From Catajapyx aquilonaris (lineage: Eukaryota), in contig JYFJ02002947.1 in the NCBI GenBank assembly GCA_000934665.2, positions 1 to 48,570 on the forward strand: a stretch of 48,570 nucleotides of DNA. The letters run 5' to 3'. A model generated the notes under the pieces. That model worked only from the letters and a program-made list of their open reading frames with translations. It was not told the DNA's origin and made no database searches. Below are positions 1 to 12,900 of the stretch, piece by piece; the first letter of the stretch is position 1, and every line of letters starts with the position of its first letter. Made by a program: the position numbers and the translations under genes.

Positions 1-171
1 CATGGCAACTACATGGCAAGAACACGCGCGAATCAAAGATGGCGGACACTATTTTTGCCTGTACCCTATTTATACATCGTCAGCGTTGCCCACACTTCAA
101 AATGGCCGCCAGCCTTGGCAACGCCCCAAACAGAGAGACGCGGAAATCGAATGTATAGTATATGCTCCCTG
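1..171. mobile_element. Fold-back MITE family A, copy 1 (cut by window edge)
   Basis: Same sequence as the copies at 2915, 10748, 12166, 15376 and 18344; ends in the family terminus ...tatgctccctg at 171. Confidence 0.85.
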
Positions 172-243
172 CCTACAAATACTAATAATTATTTGTTGCA
201 TGATCTCAGTCCTTAAAATGATCTTAGTTATGTTCCGACACAG

Positions 244-3200
244 CATCCGGCTCAGAGTGCCCAAGTAATTGGGTTTCACACTTAGATTCATGCTACATGA
301 CTTCGAAAGAAAAAGCATCTTGGCATGAAGCTAGAGACAACTGTAAGGAACAAGATCCAAGAGCAAATCTGATCAGCATCCACAGCCAGAAGGAACTGAC
401 TTATCTCGCAGGTATTTACAAGTGAATCTGCATAATGTTCAAGTACTTATCTGCCTCACATGCACAATAATTATAGTATACAATATGTAAGCTGCAGAGA
501 AACCATGTTGATCTGTCTGCAATAATTATTTTCCAGAACAAATGTTTTGGGATATCTGGATAGGGTTGAACAATCTGAGATCTGAACCCAACAATAATTG
601 GTTATGGAGTGATTCATCCAGCATGAACTTCATCAACTGGCAAGTCGATAAGCCCAGCCAATCATCATCTGAAAATTGCGTTTACCTTGATGGCAGATAC
701 GAGAAGTGGTCCAATAGAAAATGCAGCGAAAAATTAAAATCTGTTTGCAAAGTTCGTACGGCAGGTATGATACTATAATATAGAAGTCGACTTGATAACA
801 AGTTATTGGCTCTTTTAAATAATTCCCATTAGACCCTTGCAAACCTGGATGGATATTTAATGAAGATTCGTGTTATTTCGTGTCTGAAGAACTACTGGAC
901 TGGAAAAAATCTCGAGAGTTGTGCAAATCAAAGGACAAGAAATCTGATTTAGTCAGTGTGCACAAGCTGTCTCAGCAATTGTTTCTGACCGGTATGTATT
1001 TTCTCCACAAGCATTATTTTTTTTCAATAACTGAACAGTACCACTGTATGTACGTTAGTAACTATTTTTTAGTATTAAAATCAATTTCCATTCTTTACAA
1101 TGTCTGAAACTGAATAATTCAGACCAGAACTTAACACGTCCATAATAATCCAACGTGCAGATGTAATATTTTCTGAAGTCTGGATCGGCATCACTTATTC
1201 ATCTGAAACAAAGAACTGGGTATGGATTGACACGACCTGGGACGAAACTGAAGTGACCTTTACAGCATGGCAGACAGATCCGGACAGTTCGATACAACAG
1301 TGTGTACAGCTTGCCTACGACGGTTATTGGAAACAACAAGTGTGCGAATCGAAATTACGATTCGCATGCAAATATCAGCCAGGTATGAAACATTTTTCCA
1401 GTATTGTCACAACCTGATGAGAACAATTATTATTCCGCAGATAAACTCATATGCAGCTCTGATGATTGGCTGTTTCACGAAGGGTATTGCTATTATATTT
1501 CAAATGAAAAGGTGACTTGGGAAGTGGCCAGACAGAGATGTACGGATATGAACTCTCATTTGATTAGTCTACACAGCTTTTCAGAGCAAGGCCTCATTAC
1601 TGGTAATAATATTATTATTAAGTCAACAATACTGCCGTCAGATGTGAGAAGACCGTAACTCAATGTCCACTTCCCCTTGCGGCGAGAAAAAAAAGCAGTG
1701 GTACCAAAAGCACCCAACAGGTGGAGTTGGGGTGCCGTTCCTTTTTCCCCCTTCCCCCAACGCCACCTCTTGGATGCTTTCGGTAACACTTGCTTTCTTT
1801 TCTCGCCGCAAGGGAAGTGGATATTGAGTTACGGTCCTCTCACATCTGACGGCAGAATAGCTGCACAAATTGACGCTTGAAACACATGTTGCAGATAAAC
1901 TATTTCCAAGCTTGTGGATTGGTCTCAACAATTTAGAAAATAAAGGACATTGGGAATGGAGTGATGGAACTTCAGCCCATGACTTTTTAAGCTGGAAACC
2001 AGGCCAGCGTGACTTAATTACAAGTGACAGCTGCGTCGAAACTTCAAAGTCTGGATGGAACAACTTGTCATGCAATAAGAAATTGCATTTTGCATGCAAA
2101 TCCGAGCCAGGTATATATACCGCAACTGAATAATATTGCGGCAATATATTTATTCATATAATAATTAATATTGCAGATCCATGTCCTGTTGGCTGGCATC
2201 ACATGCTGAAAAACTGTTACTTCATATCTGATCGCAAAGCTACGTGGCAAGAAGCATTGCAAATTTGCAAAGAAACAGAGCAAGCCAACCTGGTCACAAT
2301 TCGCAACTCTGAAGAGAACATACACATTAGCAGTAAATTTATCAAATAATTGCATAGTATGTCGTATAGTGGGTCGTAATGTTTCTTGTGGATTCGCAGC
2401 CAAGTTTCTGAGGCACAAAGTTTGGATTGGCTTAACAAAGTCGTCTGGAACATGGCAATGGGCTGATGGAGATTCACTGTTGATGTATTTAAACTGGAGA
2501 GAAAGCCAAGCAAATGGTCCTGGACGTGAATGTGCCGGGCTTGTAAATTCAGGAGAATACAGCATCAGAGACGTGCAATGGGAAAAACTGATTTGCAATG
2601 AGAGAAACCACTTTGCATGCGAATTTAAAGCAGGTGTACACAACAAGAAACGAAATTCGCACATTTCTCTATGTATCTCCCCAACTAACCAATTCGTGTG
2701 GTAGTAGATTTTTCAGATTTGTGTCCTGAAGGATGGAATTATAAAGACAGAAGCTGTTACTACCTGTCAACTTACAAAGTCTCGTGGTATTCAGCCGTGG
2801 AAATTTGCAAACAGCTGGATAAACGGGCATCTCTTGTAACTGTTGACAATCAAGAGGAGGATAATTACTTTGCTGGTAACGCATTTAGCAACTTCTATAA
2901 ATCTAACATTAGGTCTATACATAAGAGGCGCAAACATTCGATTTCCGCGTCTCTCTGTTTGGGGCGTTGCCGAGGCTGGCGGCCATTTTGAAGTGTGGGC
3001 AACGCCAACGATGTATAAATAGGGTACAGGCAAAAATAGGGTCCGCCATCTTTGATTCGCGCGTGTTCTTGCCGTGTAGTTGCCATGGCCGCCAAAACCA
3101 TCAAAGATGGCGGACCATATTTTTGCCTGTATTTATACTTCGTTGGAGTTGCCCCCACTTCAAAATGGCCGCCATCCTTGGCAACGGCACCAAACAGAGA

Positions 3201-6200
3201 GACGCGAACATCAAAGGCGCCGACAGAAGTTTGCGCCTCTTAATTTATGCTCCCTGATTAGGTCCTGACCTGTCCTGACCTTCCTTTTTTAAGTAGTTGT
3301 TGACGTGCCACAATTATTCTTTCAGAAAAGATGATTGTGAGGATATGGATCGGATTCAATTCTCTGAAGGAAAATGGGAAATGGAAATGGAGCGATTGGT
3401 CCAGAGTGACATACCACAGATGGGATGATGGCAATCCAACAAATTCGGAATCAGAAAAATGCGCAAACCTCAACATAAATGCAGGAGGTGTCTGGAACGC
3501 TCAGGACTGCAATGAGAAAATGCATTTCATGTGCAAGCTCTCACCTTGTAAGTTATTTTGAATTTGATGACGTATGAATTATGAATCAATAAGTTTTCGT
3601 CACCAGACAAGAAATCGCAAGATGTTTCACCCCGTAACATGTGCTCTCCTGTACCAAAGATTGAAGGTGTCGATGTAAAATGCGTTTTGCAAGATCAGAC
3701 TCCAGCATCATGCAGTGATTGGCTTCCTCCTTTCGCCCAGGTCCATTGTTCTTGCTCAAATTTTTACGAGAAAACCAGACATGTAACGACACACTCAATG
3801 ACTTGCCTTGAGGAAGGTGTTTGGTCCGATTTTCCTGGACTTGACTGCAAACCTGGTAAGTTTCTTCCGAGTCGTAAAGACTGAGTTTTTAATCCATTTA
3901 TGGTCTCTTTCAGCATGTGGAACTTCAAACTTATCATCACAAGAATCGGTTAGACATCGATTGATTTATCGGGGATGGAAAGCAGAGAAAGGACAATGGC
4001 CATGGCACGCTGGTATTTACATGAATTCGGTGTCAAATGGCACCCAAGCAGCATGTGGAGGTTCACTCATTTCTCCTAGAGCTGTTCTTACTGGTGAGTT
4101 TATATCGACATGGTCACAATACCAGAGAGCGAAGTGAGGGTTTTTCTAATTATTAAAAAAAAAATTAAATTCAATAATTTTCCATCCTAGCTGGACATTG
4201 CCTCTTGATGGAACATGCTCCAGTCATAATTGAGGAAAAAGATAGCAAAGTGTTTTTAGGAAAATACAACAACAAGGTGACTGAAAATATCGAAGGAGTG
4301 CAATCAAGAGAGGTAAAAAAAATCATATAATATTATTTTAACATTGAAAAAAAATGCATTAATTTTCACAGGTCGAAAAATTTTACCTCCATTACAACTA
4401 TGACGATAAGAGTTTGGCAGCAGACTTGGCGATTATAGTGTTGAAGAATGATGTGAAAACGACAGAACATGTTCGACCCGTATGTTATCCGAAAGCTCAA
4501 AGGCATTCTTTGGCCCACCCAGGAAAAGTCGGTGTGGTAATTACAATTTCATGTAGTTCAATGCACTGCCAATTATGGGTAAAGAGAAGCAACTACTATT
4601 ACTTGTCGTTTTTCAGCGCAATCCTTTCAAACTACCCTAATTAATTTTCCACTTGTAGATTGTGGGCTGGGGAAGAGACGAGGATGATCAATACCCTAAC
4701 GATTTACGAATCGCAACATTTCCTGTGGTCTCAAGTGACAAATGTGCTGATGACTTTGGGTTGACGTCAAACATGGCTGCAAACACAGTTTGCGTCGGAT
4801 ATAAAAACGGTATGTTGCATTGCAAATATTTTATAAAAAAATTATATGCATATTATATCGCAGGGACAAGTATTTGCTCGGGAGATAGTGGCGGAGGATT
4901 GTTTCTACCATCAGCTCGAAACAGATGGCAAGTAGAAGGTGTGGCCAGCTTTGGAAAGCCAGGAGAAACCTCCAGTTGCGATGGAAAAGCTTACAATGTA
5001 CTTACACGAGTAAGTAGTTACATACACTGGATAGAAGGAGTACTTGCAGAATCTGAAAAAGACATTCCAAGTAAGTACTCTCCACATTATTTTGTCTATT
5101 GTTGACATTACAACTGGTCATTTTCAGGACATTACCCGGACATGAACTCAAGGCCTATACCTACTCAGCCTAGAAAAGATGCCAGCAACACCACGACTAC
5201 AGTAACAACAGGCGATGAAGGTAATTGTTACAATAAGCACGCTCAATCATTGTTCATCAGTCGCATTTCGCTTTACATCCAGTTTTCTTTGAATGTCCTG
5301 AACATTGGACATCAAATGGCAACTACTGCTTTTACACGTCTGGGTACGCAGAAACCTGGGAAAATTCGCGAAAGGCATGCAAAAATCTTCATTCAGATTC
5401 TGATCTGGTCAGTCTTCACAACATCGAGGATCAGTCATTCCTAACAGGTATGCATATATACCCATTTGATAAAATGTGGATTTTTGAATATATTGCACAT
5501 TTTTTCAGACGGAATGAGCTGGCAGTATTGGGTCGGATTGCATGTAAACGATGAAGAAATGTGGATATGGAGCGACGGAACAGAGTTTGATTACGATGGA
5601 TTCAGACACAACGAGACTGTTCACATAGAGACAGAAAGATGCGCTGAACTAATGTTTCATTACGAGGAAAGCGAACCCACTGTTATTCTAAACAGTGACG
5701 TATGCTTCAGATCCAAAAATTTCATATGCAAGATGAAATCATGTAAGCCCACAGTGTAATCATACAAAAAGTATGTTCCTAATGCACATTTTTGCAGCAT
5801 CTTGTCCTGACGGCTGGTTACATCGTAATGGATTCTGCTACTTTGTATCTAAACTCAAGATGTCTTGGAATGAAAGCAGACTGTACTGTTTGGAAAAAGA
5901 AGCAGACTTGTTAAGTTACCACAGTGCAAACGAATCTGAATTTTTTATCGGTAAGTTTAACACATTTTTTTAAAGCTAACTAATTGCGTTTAACATGTTG
6001 AGGATTATTTTCAGACAAAATGAGCTGGCAGACATGGACCGGATTGCATCTGGAAGATGACAGGTGGCAGTGGTCTGATGGGACACAAGTTGACCTCTTT
6101 CAATGGGCCGAATATGAACCGAACAATTTGAGCAGTGAAAAATGCATTGAACTAACTATTTTGAATGAATGGTACAACCTCGATTGCACTTGGCGACTTC

Positions 6201-6238
6201 CATTCACCTGTAAATTATTGCGAAAATTAGTATCATAG
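244..6238 (+). CDS. Multi-exon lectin-protease A (5' end outside window): at least 5 CTLDs, 6-Cys Sushi/Wonton-like domain, active serine protease, Thr-rich linker, 2 CTLDs
   Basis: CTLD exon pairs (CP..W....CY / WIGL...W.WSDG...C...W....C) at about 244-764, 832-1383, 1441-2110, 2177-2633 and 2717-3547. Sushi-like exon at about 3607-3855. Protease at about 3914-5070 with RHRL|IYRG, LTAGHC, ADLAII and TSICSGDSGG. Linker 5128-5221; CTLDs at about 5283-5742 and 5797-6238, ending in TAG. GT-AG junctions are phase-compatible. Confidence 0.88.
1632..1855. mobile_element. Fold-back MITE (family B), intronic
   Basis: About 100-bp imperfect inverted arms, ctgccgtcagatgtgaga... and ...tctcacatctgacggcag, flanked by the direct repeat AATA (1628-1631 and 1856-1859). 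Confidence 0.8.
2915..3256. mobile_element. MITE family A, copy 2
   Basis: Long inverted arms; right end is gctccctg; flanked by attaggt(c) on both sides; small deletion in the left terminus. Confidence 0.88.
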
Positions 6239-6976
6239 CTGGCTAGTGTTAAAGTGTGTGATTAAATCTGCTTTACTGTACAAAATTGTGTATTATTTTG
6301 GAGTGTACTGCATTACCACACGTAATTAAAAAATTGTTGTAACGTCAACCATCAATTTTGTATATATTGATTAATTTTTCCACCCATAAAGTATACACCA
6401 ACCGCAAGCAGGAAATGTGCGTACATTTTTACAACCTTCCGGAACCAGATTTGAGCAAGACATAGTCGCGGTTTCTAAGAGGAAGTTGACGTTTTCTTTT
6501 GCCTTCACAAACAGTCTGGACTTGAGCTAATAAGACGAGCTCAAACTCAATCAACATTCATACGTCACTATATATTGTTTCTGAGCCCAGAATATTTTTC
6601 TCTATAGAAGCAAAACGTGTAACAAGTCGTCACAACGACTAATTTGCAATTGTATGTACTTTGTGAGATTTATTTTCTGTAATTATTGTACAAATGATGT
6701 GATTTTTGCCGAAGTAGCCAGTACTGTACATTGTGTTTTTTTTCAGTTACGACATAAATGTCCCATTGACAACAAACAGGTAAGACAAGTTTGTCATCTC
6801 ATTAGCCAACAAAGTACTTCCATAATAATTATTAGCACGTCGTACTTTCCAAGAAATGTAAACATGTCGAATTATCCGGAATCCATTAAAACTGACGTCA
6901 TATCTGTGACCAATTGAAGTGACCCATTCACTCCTCTGCTGATAAGTATAATTAGTTTTTCTAGGAATGACCTTTA

Positions 6977-9900
6977 ATGTTTTTTTTTATCAAGCTTCTA
7001 CAGCAGCCATTTTTCAGTGTTCTCGACTGTTTCGGTATGATGTGGTCATTGCTGATCGTCTGCGCAACTGGTAAGTTTTAGGAGTTACTAGTGTACGCGG
7101 AGTGTGAAAAAGAGTGAGATCATTTTTCATTATTTCAGCCAGTGTTTTGTCAACCTCAATTCCGTGTAAATTCAACCAATATTTCTGTCGAAATGGCGAA
7201 AATTGTGTGCACTGTGGGTTACGCGGCTTGTCTAAGCGTTCCACAGCAGACTTGACATACTGCAGACTTCCAAGCACCAAGACTTATGGAGAGTACGAAC
7301 TATCAATGTGCCTCAATCCGGATACCAATTTTCATCCAGCATGTTTCGCAACTGAAAGTCGATATCGACACATGCCTGATGGGATGACAGTCACTTTTGT
7401 GTGCGCAGACGGAAGTGAGGTCGTATCGAAATGCTCTGCGTCTCTGTGGAAACCTGAACCGCCCAGATGTAAAGAAAAAATTGTCACCACCACAATGGCC
7501 ATACCGGACACTACAGTTTCGACAGTTCCTCCTCGAATAATAATTAAAGATCCAACACATGTTGTTAAGCGATTCTGCCCAAAGGACTGGGAACATTATG
7601 AAGGATTCTGCTACCACACATCAGAAGACAGGTATTCGTGGCAATCAGCAAGACAAGCCTGCAAAGTAATTGATAAGAGAGCAGATTTGGTCAGTCTTCA
7701 CGATGCACACGAGCAAAGATACGTTGCAGGTAATAATTTACAAAACAATGTCACGAATGAAACTTTTTTTTTCTGATTTGTTTTTATAGAAAAAATGTTT
7801 TGGCAACTGTGGATTGGATATAGCAACAGTGAAGGCGGAAATTGGAGATGGAGCGACATGTCAGACAACGACTTTAATATTGTCGAAGGCAGTTCGACCA
7901 ACGAAGAAAATCGTTGCGCAGAGATACGTCACAACGAGAAGTGGTACAGCCGAAACTGTACTGATCATCTACCTTACGTTTGCAAATTAAATTCAGGTAA
8001 GTACGACTTTTTTATTCCTGTAAAGAGTTGTGTGCACCATATCTTTTATTTTGTTAATTATAATCGTCATGTTTTCAGAGCCAGGAGAAGGATGTCCTGA
8101 GAATTGGATATCCTACCTGGATTCTTGCTACAAGACATCTAAGGACAGGACATCTTGGCAGATCGCCAGGGAAAACTGCAAAGAACTTGATCCCAGAGCA
8201 GATCTGGTCAGCATCCACACACAGGATGAACTGACTTATCTTGCAGACCAAATGTTTTGGGAGATTTGGCTTGGATTGAACAACCTGAGATCTGAAGACA
8301 TGTGGGAATGGAGCGACGCAACTAGCATGAACTACATCAACTGGCAAGTAGGAAAGCCCAGCCAATCGTCGTCTGACAATTGTGTTCACATGAAGCAGAG
8401 TGAAATGTGGTCCAACAGGAAATGCAGCGACGAGTTAAAATTCATTTGCAAAGCCAGAGCTGCAGGTATATAGTCTAATTATTATTGTGTTGCTAATTTC
8501 TTTTCACTGCTTAAATATTTTCTTCTAGATCCGTGCAAACCAGGTTGGATTTTTCACGAGGATTCCTGCTACTTCGTCTCAGAAGACAGGGTGTCATGGA
8601 AAGAAGCTCGAGAGCTCTGCAAGTCAAAGGACAAGAAGTCGGATTTGGTCAGCGTGCACAAACTATCGCAACAAACATTTTTGACTGGTAATGTATCTGC
8701 TTGAGAGAAGAAGCAAAATTTTTATTATCATCATCATTACAGATGCCATATTTTGGGAGACGTGGATTGGAATCAAATATTCATCCGAATCGAGGCAGTG
8801 GCATTGGAGCGACAAGACCAGGATGAACTTTATGCAGTGGACCAGAAATTCGGATATTCCTCGAGAAACATGCGCTGCACTAGTCCACGCTGATGTTTGG
8901 AGGCAACGTAACTGCAACACAAAACTTCCTTACGTCTGCAAATACCAACCAGGCAGGAGAATTTATAATATGTAAATAATCTCTAGCTCGTTTTAATTTT
9001 TGACATTGCTTTCTTTGGCTTCATCAGATGTCCCAAAATGTAACTCAGGATGGCAGTTTCACTTGGGATATTGTTATTACGTCGCCAGAGAACAAGTGAC
9101 TTGGGAAGTGGCCAGAAAGAAATGCCTGGATTTGAATTCGGACTTGGTTAGTCTTCACAGCTTTAGAGAGCAGCAGTACATAACTGGTATGACCTGTTTA
9201 ATCCATGTACACATATAGAAGAATCACTTTTTGCTATAGTCTAGCTGTTTAAAAGCTGTCTTTTTAAAATGTCTTTACAAGCACCACAAAATAATAGATA
9301 ATTTCAATACCTGCACTCTACATGTACAGACAAATTGTTTGCGCGTGTTTGGATCGGTCTGAACAACTTGGAAAAGAAAGGCTTTTGGGAATGGAGCGAC
9401 GACACTTCAGCAAACTTCATAAACTGGAAGCAAGACGAACCAAATCTGATAGAGCAGGACAACTGTGTTGAAACTTCAAACACCGGATATTGGAACAACG
9501 TCGATTGCGATATTGAATTGAATTTTGTCTGCAAAGTTGTTCCAGGTATAATCCGCACTCACAAATTTGTTTGCAAAATAAACAATTATTATTTTTTTTG
9601 TTCCAGATCCATGCCCAGTAGGCTGGCATTACCTGTTGAACAATTGCTATTACATATCAGATTTGATAGCAACGTGGCAAGAAGCTTCGCAAATTTGCAA
9701 GGAAATTGAGCAGGCAAATCTACTAACCATACATAGCGCTGAAGAGAATCTACACATTAGCAGTATGAAATTTGCAAAAAAATTTACAGCATATTGCAAA
9801 TTTTTTCCTAAGCTAAATTTTTCCTCACCGAAACGTACTTCTGGTGGGAATAATTGAACTAATTATGTTAATTTTTGGGGGGGCTTTTCAGGAAAGTTTC

Positions 9901-12900
9901 TGCGACAAAAAGTGTGGATTGGATTATCCAAAACGTCTGGAATATGGGAATGGAATGATGGCGGTATGGCTTTTAAGTTTAACTGGAGACAAAACAGCAC
10001 AGAAGATCCTCACAACATGTGTGTTGGTCTTGTACATTCGGGAGAGTACACATTCAGAGACGTGAAGTGGGAAAAGCTTAATTGCTACGAGAGAAATTAC
10101 TTCGCCTGCAAGTTAAAAACAGGTATGAATATATTTGGCACAATTAATTATTCATTATGATATCAATCACTCGCATGTCCATAAATTCATGTAAATTACT
10201 AAAGCACTTCAATTCTTATTTTTTAAATTATTTTTCACACATTGCACTTTACAGATTTTTCAGATCTGTGTCCCGAAGGATGGCAATACGAAGATGAAAT
10301 ATGCTACTACCTTTCAACCTACGAAGCCTCATGGTATTCAGCTGTCGAAGTGTGCAAGCAGCTTGACACTCGAGCTTCTCTGATAACTATTGATAGCCAA
10401 TCTGAAGAGAATTATATTGCTGGTAAATACGCATAATGGACCCGAAAAAAATGGATTTTAATTATTTATATGAAACATTATTTGCAGACAAGATGATTGT
10501 GAGGATATGGACCGGATTCAACTCTCTGAAGGAAAATGGGAAGTGGAAATGGAGCGACGGGTCAAGGGTCACATACCACAGATGGGATGAGGACAATCCG
10601 ACAAATTCAGATTCAGAAAGATGCGCAAACCTCAATATCAATGCAGGAGGAGTCTGGAACACTCAGGACTGCAAGGAGGAAATACACTTCATGTGCAAAC
10701 TCTCACTCGGTAAGAACACTAACAGCTCATTTAACAAGTAGTGTCACCAGGGAGCATATACTATACATAAGAGGCGCAAACAATCGATTTCCGCGTCTCT
10801 CTGTTTATGGCGTTGCCAAGGATGGCGGCCATTTTGAAGTGTGGGGACCGCCAACGAGGTATAAGTAGGGTACAGGCAAAAATATGGTCCGCCATCTTTG
10901 ATTCGCTCGTGTTCTTGCTTTGTAGTTGCCATGGCCACCAAAAGATGGCGGACGCTATTTTTGCCAGTACCCTATTTATACCACGTTGGCGTTCCCCACA
11001 CTTCAAAATGGCCGCCATCCTTGGCAACGGCCCCCAAAAAGAGAGACGCGAACATCAAAGGTGCCGACAGAAGTTTGCGCCTATTATGTAGTATATGCTC
11101 CCTGATGTGTCACCATGCAATGTGATCTCGTATAATAGTAGGCGATGTAAGTGTCGTAGGCTGTATCCGCTCATTTCTGTCCACAGACGACAAGAAATCG
11201 CAGGATCTTCTACCAGCTAACTTATGTGCTCCTATACCAAAGGTTGAAGGAGTTGATGTCAAATGCGTGTTGAAAGACATGAACGGAAATCATGAGATTC
11301 GGTTGCCATGCACCGATTGGCAACCTCCTTTCACGCATGCCCAGTTCACGTGCTCGGATCTGTACGAAAAAGCCAGTCGTTGGATGACATACAACGTGAC
11401 TTGTATGGAGGAAGGAATCTGGTCAGATTATCCTGGACTTGACTGCAATCCAGGTATATAACATCAGTCGCAGGAAAAAGGAGTAAGGTAGCAGACCTGA
11501 AGCTCAAATTAGCCTCCAAGAAAGGATAGCTCTTGGAGGATATTTTTTGAGCTTCAGGTCTGCTACCTTACCTCATTTTCACGAATGTGCAGTACAGTTT
11601 ATTGTTATGTTACTTTCAGTGTGTGGAACTTCAAAGCTGCTTCAACCGTCGGTTCAACGCTTAATTCATAGAGGAAGAAAGGCGGTCAAAGGTCAATGGC
11701 CATGGCATGCTGGTCTTTACAGGACGAAGATGTCGACCAATATGTTGCACTATACATGCGGAGGATCTCTCATATCGCCTAGAGCTGTCCTTACAGGTAA
11801 CAAGTATATAGCCACTACAAAAATAATTCAGAAATTATTTTGCAAATAATTCATGTTAAATAGAGGAAAATGTCTAATTTATTTGACGTTAACTGCAATG
11901 TGACAAGTGCAAGTTGAATATGCAAAAAAAAATAGTGAATTTGTTATGAAATGGTGTCCAGCTTATAGTATGATCTGCAATAATATTGTTATTCTCAGCT
12001 GCACATTGCGTCATGAAGGAAAACGGTGCTAAAGTGATTGAAGAAAAGGAGATGAAAGTGTTCCTAGGCAAACACTACAAGCAATTAACCAGGAACGATC
12101 CAGATGTGCAATCAAGAGAGGTGATCATGTGTAATAATCTGCAGCATGAATCTGGAACATTCAAAATAAGAGGCGCAAACTTCTGTCGGCGCCTTTGATG
12201 TTCGCGTCTCTCTGTTTGGGGCCGTTGCCAAGGCTGGCGGTCGTTTTGAAGTGTGGGGAACGCCAACGAGGTATAAATAGGGTACAGGCAAAAATAGGGT
12301 CCGCCATCTTTGATGGGTTTGGAGGCCATGGCAACTACACGGCAAAAATACGCGCGAATCAAAGATGGCAGGCCCTATTTTTGCCTGTACCCTATTTATA
12401 CCTCGTTGGCGTTCCCCACACTTCAAAATGGTCGCCAGCCTTGGCAACAGGTAACAATACGCTCTAGGTTCTAACATAATTTGAACTACAGGTGGAGAAG
12501 ATTTACGTTCATTACAATTACAACGACGACACTTTGCAATCGGACCTGGCCCTTATCATATTGAAGTCTGAAGTCAAGATTACAGATAACATTAGGCCTA
12601 TATGCTACCCTAAGGACAAGAGCCATTCTTTGGTGTACCCAGGCAGAGTTGGAGTGGTATGATCATTATTAGGAAGTATTGTTGGGGGTCGTAATTAACA
12701 ATGCTTCGATTCTATCAGATATTAGGATGGGGAACTAACGAGCGAAACGTGTATCCGGACGATTTGTACATGGCTTCGTTCCCAGTGGCGTCGACAGATG
12801 AATGTGTCGAAGTGTATGGTCTTGGCGTTGAAATGAAAGACAGTACTTTCTGTGCTGGATACAGAAACGGTAAGTATACTTAATGTAATGTACTAACACA

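Noticed and set aside
6400..6960. Immune-responsive promoter motifs upstream of gene B (GGAA cores, TGACGTCA at about 6893, GATA/TATA-like at about 6940)
   Set aside because: These short motifs are expected by chance; no clear kappaB cluster was found, so no feature was called.
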